Below are positions 17,028-24,594 of a stretch of 47,775 bases of DNA, piece after piece. Under the pieces are notes generated by a model that had not been told where the DNA came from, made no database searches, and saw only the letters and a list, made by a program, of their open reading frames with translations. The stretch lies in the IMG/VR virus record IMGVR_UViG_3300037400_004417. One strand, given 5' to 3'. The DNA comes from a virus. Its lineage: Duplodnaviria > Heunggongvirae > Uroviricota > Caudoviricetes. The position numbers were made by a program, and so were the translations under genes. How positions within the stretch are numbered: position 1 is the stretch's first letter; every line of letters begins with the position of its first letter.

Positions 17028-17094
17028 TCGTCTCTGCCCGACTCGAACGAGCATTTCCCTTTTTCAGGATTCTACGCCAATTGAATTAAGAGAC
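17028..17094 (-). pseudogene. tRNA-Phe(GAA)-derived sequence missing most of 5' anticodon stem
   Basis: CGTCTCT/AGAGACG acceptor, GTTCGAGT T loop, Phe-type loop CTGAAAA with only one 5' stem base. Confidence 0.55.
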
Positions 17095-17303
17095 GATGTT
17101 ACAAAAATAATTAAGATGCGCTGACTATATATAACAATATAACCAGCGCTTTTTTAGAGGTTTTTTACATGAGCAAAACTTTTGGCAAAAAAGTTTTTAG
17201 AGAAAATGCTATATTAATTGTTAAATTCTCTGAATATAAAGAAAATAACAACAAGGAAAATCGTTGAACAAATAAATTCTAACATTATTTTGGATACTCT
17301 TTC

Positions 17304-17630
17304 TTAAGCAGTTTTTTGAAAGATTTCAGTATGATTTATATACTGAATTCCTTCTTGATGATTAGCGAATTCATCTCCTACAACACCTATTAATATAGGA
17401 TCGAAGAAATAAGTTGAATACGCCAATAATTGATTATTAGGTGATTTCTTTCCGGTTTTTAGTTCTATGACTACATCTTTCTTTGTATCTGGTTCATAAG
17501 CGAGAATATCGATTCTATCATTATTGGGAAGTCGAAATTCTCGTTTAGTTAAAAGATAATTAGGAAAAATTTTGTTGAAATTGACTATAATATAATCGCC
17601 TAATTGTTTTTCTTTGATATAATATTTCAT
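17304..17630 (-). CDS. NucS-like PD-(D/E)XK endonuclease domain protein
   Basis: EKQLGDYI...REF...RIDILA...VIELK...QLLAY. Confidence 0.75.
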   Translation of the reverse strand: MKYYIKEKQLGDYIIVNFNKIFPNYLLTKREFRLPNNDRIDILAYEPDTKKDVVIELKTGKKSPNNQLLAYSTYFFDPILIGVVGDEFANHQEGIQYINHTEIFQKTA

Positions 17631-17844
17631 AAAATCTAAATATTGCTGGAGAAGATGGAAACGAAACGCTAAATACGATATATATGAAAGGAAAAGGATG
17701 TTGCGAATCAAACAAAGTTAAAGAATATTTTAAAGGAAAATAAAAATCTTCTCCAGCATATTTGTGAGGGTTTCTGTCCTGTATGAACAAATATAGTATA
17801 ACATTATATCTTTCACGTGTCAATAGTTTTTCTTTAACAATTAT

Positions 17845-18480
17845 TTAAAGTATTGTGATTGTAGCCTTCCTACGCCCGAAATTATTTATTTCTATATCTG
17901 TAGAAACATAATTAGGATCTCCGAAAAATAAATCTATTTTATGGCCTTGAATTGCGCCACCTACATCTTCTGCAGTATATGTTCCATTTAAATGTTGATA
18001 TTCTTCGTCATGGAAAGATACATAAACTTCTGAGCCCAATGGAATAATATCTGGATCTACGGCAATTACTCTCGCTGATTCAAGAGTATGACCTTTTAAG
18101 TCTTTTCCAGATGCCGTAATTCCGTAATAAGGATCTGAGAAATCTTTCTCACAATCTTCCAGGCTTAAATCATATGCTGTAACAGTGACATCTAAAGTTG
18201 AATTATTAAATTCATAAGAATCGGCTTCTGTTATTTCAATAACTACATCATCGTTACTATCGTCATTATTGTATTGTTCTTCTATTTCTGTATTAGTGTG
18301 AACTTTTGACTCCAATTCTTCTAACTCTGATTTAATTTCTGATAACTTAGCATTGATTTCATTAAGGTTCTGTTTTTCTGCTTGTATTTGATTATATATA
18401 TTATGACAATAAAGTGTCGTAAAACTTATTGGAATCATTATAGACATAATTAAAGATAATATATTACTCTTGCTGATCAT
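17845..18480 (-). CDS. membrane-anchored 3D-domain (Asp-Asp-Asp) cell-wall protein
   Basis: N-terminal TM/coiled coil; VTAY, GITASG, IAVDPDIIPLGS, AEDVGGAIQGHKIDLF. Confidence 0.9.
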   Translation of the reverse strand: MISKSNILSLIMSIMIPISFTTLYCHNIYNQIQAEKQNLNEINAKLSEIKSELEELESKVHTNTEIEEQYNNDDSNDDVVIEITEADSYEFNNSTLDVTVTAYDLSLEDCEKDFSDPYYGITASGKDLKGHTLESARVIAVDPDIIPLGSEVYVSFHDEEYQHLNGTYTAEDVGGAIQGHKIDLFFGDPNYVSTDIEINNFGRRKATITIL

Positions 18481-18517
18481 TTTTAGCCCCTTTCACAAAG
18501 CAATAAAAGTTAAATTT

Positions 18518-19468
18518 CTAAGCTTCAGCTAAGGTGTATTCGTTATTCATTGTAAGATTTTCAATTCTTTTTACCGCAAAAACTTTTCCAGCGACTAAGA
18601 TTATAGCTTTTCTAAAATCTCCTGGATTGCGATGTCTTCTATTAACGATATAGCATAATTCTTTATATAAGATATTGGATTCTATGTATTCCTTAATCTT
18701 TTTAATACCATTAGGCTTAAAGAACTGGATTACAGATTTACAACCATTTTCTCTAATATAGACAACAGAAAGAAGATCATCGTCTTCGTAAACATGTCTA
18801 ATATTATAATTAATATCAGTATTCCTTACAATTGCTGCCATTAATTTAATATGAGGATATCCATTTACGGAATATAAATTAAACTGTTCTGCTAATTCCT
18901 TTAAAGATTTATAATTTGCCGGAATTTTAGTGCGGTCAAATACCTTATATTCACTTGAATTTGTCTTTTTGCTCTGTAATTTAGCTTTAATCTCTATGAT
19001 TTCAGCATCATGATTCTTAATACTAGCTTCCAGTGTATTCATTCTTAGTTCATTATTTTCCATAATCTCTAAGATTTTCTTGAATGCCGTTAAAGGATTA
19101 GCATTAAATACAGGAGAAGCATAAATACCTGTTTTTTGAATCGCCGGCAAAACTTCTGTTATAATCCATCTCTTAAACTTTTTTGCAGCTGGTTTCTTTG
19201 AACCTAAAACTAAAGAAGATACTCCAAACTGATTAATAACTAAAGTTAACTGAGCTCCACCGCCATTTGGATGTATAATTCTTTCATGTCTCTTATCTTC
19301 TTCTTCAACATGATCTCTAATTGCCTTTAACGGATTAGTATAACCTAATGCTTCGGCTATATCTCTAGCGATAAACCATGCTTCTTCATTTCCTTCGTCA
19401 TTATAGGCTCTTATTTCTCCAAATTCATTATTACCGAATAATTGAACGTCTCTAACCATGTCTATCAT
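18518..19468 (-). CDS. BRO-N domain phage antirepressor-like protein
   Basis: FGEIR, WFIARDIAEALGY, KKFKRWIITEVLPAIQKTG.Y. Confidence 0.88.
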   Translation of the reverse strand: MIDMVRDVQLFGNNEFGEIRAYNDEGNEEAWFIARDIAEALGYTNPLKAIRDHVEEEDKRHERIIHPNGGGAQLTLVINQFGVSSLVLGSKKPAAKKFKRWIITEVLPAIQKTGIYASPVFNANPLTAFKKILEIMENNELRMNTLEASIKNHDAEIIEIKAKLQSKKTNSSEYKVFDRTKIPANYKSLKELAEQFNLYSVNGYPHIKLMAAIVRNTDINYNIRHVYEDDDLLSVVYIRENGCKSVIQFFKPNGIKKIKEYIESNILYKELCYIVNRRHRNPGDFRKAIILVAGKVFAVKRIENLTMNNEYTLAEA

Positions 19469-19504
19469 AATAAAATACCTCTTTTCTTTATCTTATATTG
19501 CTTT

Positions 19505-20482
19505 TTAGTGAAAATAAGTAGGTTCCTCGTAATCAGGGAGATGATTTATTCTTTCTCCATGTTTATTAAAAACAGAATACTTTTTATTATTAATTAAGAA
19601 CCATGATTTCTTTAAATCGCCGACATTATGATTATGAGTTGGTTTCTTATATAACTCGTACTGATATCTAGAATCGAAATTATCTTCTAACCATTCAACA
19701 ATTTTGTCTTGGCCGGCAGATTTAAAATAAATGACATTAGTAAATCCAGTACTTACATTCTTAGGAAAAGACTGAGAATATTCATTGTCGAAAATTAATC
19801 TATCGGTAACTTGAATATGACATTCTCTAGCTATAGCCATGATTAAACTTGAATGGGGCAATCCACTTTCAGAATAAAAATCGAATGCTTTTGCTATATC
19901 ATAAGCTGTTAAAGCATCGTCTTCAGGTTTGACTTCAATCTTTTCTTCTATTTCGCTAAGAGTTTTTGCCTGATTAATTAATCTAATTTCTTGTTCTTTT
20001 AACTTAGCTTCATGCTCTAAAAGTTTCTTTTCCTGTTCTTCCATAGCTTTAGCGGCCATTATAAACATCTGAGTATGAGACATATTGTTATTAATAAAAT
20101 AAGAACCTGTCTTTCGTAAAGTAGGTAAAACTTCAGAAGTAATCCAACGTTTAAATCCTTTAGCTGTAGGTAACTTACTGCCAAAAACTAAAGCATAAAT
20201 ACCAGATTCATTGATGATAGTTACTCCTCTATTTGGAATATCGGCATATATAAAATCAGTAGAAGATATTTCTTTAGAAACATGATTTTTCAAAGGTCGC
20301 AAATCGCTACCTTTAAGAATATTCTTATCTTCTTTATCTACATGCTTAGATAGAGCGTCTTTAGTATTAACATATCCTAACGCTTCAGCTACATCTTTTC
20401 CAATAAACCAAGGTATGTCATTAATAATAACGCTTCTGATTTTTCCGAAATTTTTATTGTTGAAAATTTGCAATTCATTCAT
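19505..20482 (-). CDS. BRO-N domain phage antirepressor-like protein
   Basis: MNELQIFNNKNFGKIR, WFIGKDVAEALGY, INESGIYALVFGSKLP.AK.FKRWITSEVLPTLRKTG.Y. Confidence 0.92.
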   Translation of the reverse strand: MNELQIFNNKNFGKIRSVIINDIPWFIGKDVAEALGYVNTKDALSKHVDKEDKNILKGSDLRPLKNHVSKEISSTDFIYADIPNRGVTIINESGIYALVFGSKLPTAKGFKRWITSEVLPTLRKTGSYFINNNMSHTQMFIMAAKAMEEQEKKLLEHEAKLKEQEIRLINQAKTLSEIEEKIEVKPEDDALTAYDIAKAFDFYSESGLPHSSLIMAIARECHIQVTDRLIFDNEYSQSFPKNVSTGFTNVIYFKSAGQDKIVEWLEDNFDSRYQYELYKKPTHNHNVGDLKKSWFLINNKKYSVFNKHGERINHLPDYEEPTYFH

Positions 20483-20502
20483 CGAAAAACCTTCTTCCTT
20501 TT

Positions 20503-20856
20503 TTAGTTTGAAGTAACAATATCCTGTTCTCGAATAGAATCCATTAACTTTTTGTCTTCATCGGAAGCTTTTTGAGTTAACACCTGTTCTAACTTAATAA
20601 ATTCTTCCTTAGTTGTGGGAGCACAATTATTGGCATTTTCTTGTAAGTTTACCATCTTAGATTCACAGATAGTTTTACCGTTTCTACAAGCTTCCTGCCC
20701 TATATCAGTAACGTAATCTAAACCATCTGCTGTTCTACGTAAGCCTTTAGCTGTATAATGTCCTACTTCTAATGCCTTTTCTGTTACTGTACATATATCT
20801 GCAGCTGCTCCACAAGCAAAAGCTGCGCCTAAATAAAGTCCTTTGAAAATGTTCAC
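20503..20856 (-). CDS. hypothetical protein
   Basis: 117-aa ORF with SD. Confidence 0.6.
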   Translation of the reverse strand: MNIFKGLYLGAAFACGAAADICTVTEKALEVGHYTAKGLRRTADGLDYVTDIGQEACRNGKTICESKMVNLQENANNCAPTTKEEFIKLEQVLTQKASDEDKKLMDSIREQDIVTSN

Positions 20857-20890
20857 TGTTTTCTTCTCCTTAATGTTCTTTTATTATAAT

Positions 20891-21167
20891 TAGCGAGAAG
20901 ACCGCTACCTCTAAACGTAGTTTAGGTGGCGGATGAATCGCCTTTATTAAATCCAACCGTTGATATGTTTTAATACCACTGCCTTCTTAGAACTTACTGT
21001 TATAGCCTTTCCGGTAGGAGACTCTTTAGCGTTAGCTAATAGAACGCTCGCCCCTCCACTCATACAACCATGACAGTATATTCACGTATAACGTAGTCAG
21101 TTAAGACTTAGGCTAATCAACTAGGCTTTTTTCAAAGCCTCCACTTCTTTAAGTGGGGGTTGTTGAC
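20891..21167 (-). mobile_element. internally deleted IscB/omegaRNA (HEARO-type) IS200/IS605 element
   Basis: Minus strand GTCAACAACCCC..GGAGGCTTTGAAAAAGCCTAGTTGATTAGCCTAAG..CTACGTT, then about 42 codons ending KHINGWI*, then end motif matching 27563-27613. Confidence 0.75.
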
Positions 21168-21169
21168 AT

Positions 21170-21598
21170 TCACTTTAACAATTCTTTAATGAGATTAGAA
21201 GCTACTTTACCATTATATTGGCCGGCATAATTAGCTTTTAGTACCTTCATAATTAAGCCGAGACTACTGAGGCCATCATTAATCATAGCCTGAATAATAT
21301 ATCTAAGTTTTTCTTCTGATAACTGCTTAGGCAAAAACTCTTCTAAAATGGCAATCTCTAACTTAATATTATTGGCTACTTCTTCTCTGTTATTCTTAAC
21401 AGCCATATCCAAAGTCAGTAAGCTATTCTTCTTTGTCTTAGTTAAATAACTAATAACTTCTGAATTAGTAGTTTCTCTATTTCCGGCATTCTTACCTATT
21501 AAAACAGATTCTGAATAAATAAGAGATAAAAAGTCAGTCTCTGGTGCCTTATTCTTTCTTGCTTCGATTAACTTTTTCTTGATATCATCAATTAACAT
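21170..21598 (-). CDS. yqeY: GatB/YqeY domain protein
   Basis: EI.ILEEFLPKQLSEEKL, LGLIMK.LK..YAGQYNGKVASNLIKELL. Confidence 0.85.
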   Translation of the reverse strand: MLIDDIKKKLIEARKNKAPETDFLSLIYSESVLIGKNAGNRETTNSEVISYLTKTKKNSLLTLDMAVKNNREEVANNIKLEIAILEEFLPKQLSEEKLRYIIQAMINDGLSSLGLIMKVLKANYAGQYNGKVASNLIKELLK

Positions 21599-22743
21599 TA
21601 TTTGTCACTTTCTTTCTTTAATAGTTTTTCCAAATCATTATATGCCTTATTAAATTCTTTTACAACATGGCTTTCTGTATATAATACATATTCATCTTCA
21701 TTTAATGTACGACCAAATCTAAACATAGATGTTTCATTTTCCAAATGATTAACCGTAGATAATGTATTGGGCTCAGGAAAAACATCTTTGCCTAACGGAT
21801 ATGGAACATGATAAGAACATTTACAATCTTTAATAGAATCAATATTTAATTCAATATAATATAGATTATAATATCCTTCTTCCAATATCTTAAAATAATT
21901 TTGTTCACAATCTTTACAGCTAGTATAATAATATGGACATTCATTATAGTATGGGCTAAAATAAGATTCGTCATTATTCATTTCTTTAAAATCACAAGTC
22001 CAATATCCTTTATCTGGATTATCGCTTTTATAAAAACTAACTTTTACTTTATCAGTATTTAGCATTAGCTTTATGGCTTGAAATTTTAAATTATATAAAT
22101 GCTTTGACTTTTTTATGTTGTTCTTAATTCTTTTGTGTGTTTGATAATGCTTCGCCCATCTATTGATTAATGTCGTCCAAAACATTAATTTAATGACATG
22201 TATTCCAATAACATCTGTTTTCTTTTCCCAAATTGAAAACATATTATTAATTTGAGATTCATTATTCTTTCTTAATTGAGTATTGTGTTCTTTCGTCTTT
22301 TTTATTTTAGCTGCGATTTCTTTTTTCTTTTCCGGAGATATAACTTTTTTTCTAGCTTCTCTCCACAATGCTATATCTTCTTGAGTAATCTTTTCTAATT
22401 CTATCCTATTATACAAATAGGGTTCAATTTTGAATCCTCTTCTAGTTTGTGTGCTATACCTACCTATTATCGGCAATTTTCCTTCTTTATGCCATTGTAT
22501 TCTCTCAGCTCTAGAACAATTAAAAGTCTCTTCTACAGTTTTAGCTATTACTCCTAATTCTGTATTGAAATGATTTAAAAATAATTGTCTAAAATCTTTT
22601 TCATTTTTCATCTTGTCTGATATAATAGACAAGATATCTTGTACTTTAAGTTTTTTGTCAGATATCTTTAGAAAACCCATTAAATCTTTTTTATGAATTC
22701 TTCTGATATCTGTTTCTGTTATTTCAAAAACCATAAAAATCAC
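21598..22743 (-). CDS. hypothetical protein (381 aa)
   Basis: Long ORF; LMFWT..INRWAK and YHVPYP motifs. Confidence 0.75.
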   Translation of the reverse strand: MIFMVFEITETDIRRIHKKDLMGFLKISDKKLKVQDILSIISDKMKNEKDFRQLFLNHFNTELGVIAKTVEETFNCSRAERIQWHKEGKLPIIGRYSTQTRRGFKIEPYLYNRIELEKITQEDIALWREARKKVISPEKKKEIAAKIKKTKEHNTQLRKNNESQINNMFSIWEKKTDVIGIHVIKLMFWTTLINRWAKHYQTHKRIKNNIKKSKHLYNLKFQAIKLMLNTDKVKVSFYKSDNPDKGYWTCDFKEMNNDESYFSPYYNECPYYYTSCKDCEQNYFKILEEGYYNLYYIELNIDSIKDCKCSYHVPYPLGKDVFPEPNTLSTVNHLENETSMFRFGRTLNEDEYVLYTESHVVKEFNKAYNDLEKLLKKESDK

Positions 22744-22907
22744 CTATAAATAAAAATGCCGACAAATCTAAAAATAAGATATGTCAGCATAATAATACAT
22801 ATTATATTTTTTGGCTCCATTAAGTAAGCTCACCTACCTTCTATATATTAAGTGGACTTGCAAAATCTCTTGAGTCATTTTTTTTAGTATGTATATAATA
22901 ATATATA

Positions 22908-23129
22908 TTACGCCGCTAGTTCGTTAATATTTTCTAAAAATATATTATGTTGGTTAATTATCGAGATTATATCTTCTAAAGATTGATTAATTAGGGATAC
23001 AGAATATCTTATATCTTTATCTTTAATGATTTTCTGTATTTCAGAATAATGTTTAGCTATATAGACACTTTCTCGCTCGGAATCATCATAGGCAAATAAT
23101 ACAGTAAACATAATAATATATCCCTCCAC
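22908..23129 (-). CDS. hypothetical protein
   Basis: 73-aa ORF. Confidence 0.5.
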   Translation of the reverse strand: MEGYIIMFTVLFAYDDSERESVYIAKHYSEIQKIIKDKDIRYSVSLINQSLEDIISIINQHNIFLENINELAA

Positions 23130-23141
23130 TTAATAATTGAC

Positions 23142-23390
23142 TTAAAATGGCAATAGATTATTAGGACACCGAACTTTTTGACTAAACCAATATATTCTCC
23201 AAATATTAGGATTTTCTACGAAACTTTCAACTTCTTCTTTTGTAGTATCTCTAATAGACACTATATCGTTACAATTAACTTTCTTATAAATATCGGCTAG
23301 AAAATAATCATCTCCTTTATCTCCAACATATAAATTATATATATCTCTAGTAAAGTTCTTGACCTTTACTTTAATCATTAAAAATTGCAT
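23142..23390 (-). CDS. hypothetical protein
   Basis: 82-aa ORF, SD AGGTGG. Confidence 0.55.
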   Translation of the reverse strand: MQFLMIKVKVKNFTRDIYNLYVGDKGDDYFLADIYKKVNCNDIVSIRDTTKEEVESFVENPNIWRIYWFSQKVRCPNNLLPF

Positions 23391-23468
23391 GAGATTGAAC
23401 CACCTATTTAGTTGTCAAACAAAAACAGAAAAAGTGATTCGATTAAATGGAATAAACTATTTCCAGAA

Positions 23469-24080
23469 TTAGTATCCATAGGAATTACCCTCCAAATTGT
23501 GTAAATCTAAAATAACAATATTAATTTCTTGAATCTTATTATTTTCTTTATCTACAAAGATATCATATTGTTTATTACGGATATTAGATATTGCCTCATT
23601 GATAGTCTTTATTATGGTTTGAGATTGATTATTATACGCAGTTCTTTCTAAATATGGATTAGGTGTTGACACCCATCTTTTTCTCATGTCTTTTTCAATC
23701 GAGCATAATGCCGGATTATATGAATCCAAACTAAATTTATCGTAGAAAATAATACGATCATAATTTTCAGAACAATGACCATAATAAAGATCGAAATCAG
23801 CTTTAAAAGCAAAATAGTTTGTATCCAACAATGCTATAAATAAAGGAATATCCTTTTCTGCGACTATCACATATTTTGTATTGTATGGATTTGATGCACT
23901 AAGCAATTGTAAAACAAAACTTTCTCTTCTATTAATGGATGCGTCGTTAATTTGTCTTACTTGGATAATACTATATAAATATCCTTCTTTGATAGAAGTA
24001 TCTTGTTTTGATATTGACAATATCTTTTTCTTCTTTGCATCTTTTTCAATTTCTTGAAGAAAATTAAACATAAAAATCAC
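23469..24080 (-). CDS. hypothetical protein directly downstream of the hairpin array
   Basis: 203-aa ORF, SD AGGTGA. Confidence 0.7.
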   Translation of the reverse strand: MIFMFNFLQEIEKDAKKKKILSISKQDTSIKEGYLYSIIQVRQINDASINRRESFVLQLLSASNPYNTKYVIVAEKDIPLFIALLDTNYFAFKADFDLYYGHCSENYDRIIFYDKFSLDSYNPALCSIEKDMRKRWVSTPNPYLERTAYNNQSQTIIKTINEAISNIRNKQYDIFVDKENNKIQEINIVILDLHNLEGNSYGY

Positions 24081-24138
24081 CTAAAAATAATAGAAAACAA
24101 AAAAACATATACTATTACAGGAATGGCTCCTTTACGAT

Positions 24139-24543
24139 TGACGCAAACAGTAAAAACTGAATTAAAAAAGGAACTGTCTATGCATCATAATCATAAAAAA
24201 CACTTCTCCTGTAAAGTATATGTTCAAGAACTTCTTACTGACGGAAAGTAGATAATGTGCCGTTCCACACGAACGGCTGTGTTCTTCTAAAATAAAGGAA
24301 CTTTCTATGTCAATAAAAAGCTTTGTCGCGAAAAGTAAGTTTGTTCATTATAATTTCAAGAAATAAAGGAACTTTCTATGCGACAAGTGTTTTTTCTAGC
24401 GAACAGTAATAGTGTTTTTAGAAATTATTTGAGAAAAAGGAACTGTTTTTGCTAGAAATACAAAGAAGAAAAGGAGTCTTCTTCGGCGACAACTAAAATA
24501 ACAAAATGCAGTGTTTTAGAAAAAGGAAGTTGCTTTGCCAAAG
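24139..24543 (-). ncRNA. array of five structurally identical hairpin RNAs with UCCUUU-led loops
   Basis: Units 24481-24543, 24393-24458, 24323-24386, 24235-24316, 24139-24187; compensatory stem changes; G-U pairs only on minus strand. Confidence 0.8.
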
Positions 24544-24554
24544 TTGACTCCTTT

Positions 24555-24583
24555 ATCATATCATAAAGAAACGATAAAGTCAA
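24555..24583 (-). promoter_or_regulatory. sigmaA-type promoter for the hairpin array
   Basis: TTGACT-17 nt-TATGAT with extended TG, about 12 nt upstream of first hairpin. Confidence 0.8.
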
Positions 24584-24594
24584 GTACTTTTTCT

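Noticed and set aside
24139-24543. CRISPR array (71-bp spacing between some AGGAAC motifs)
   Set aside because: Repeats are not identical, spacing is irregular (127, 71, 71, 86), each unit's two ends pair with each other, and no cas genes are present
24139-24543. CsrB/RsmZ-like sponge (plus-strand AGGA motifs)
   Set aside because: G-U pairs and the promoter favour the minus strand, and AGGA would sit at the edge of large loops rather than in short apical loops; kept only as a minor alternative
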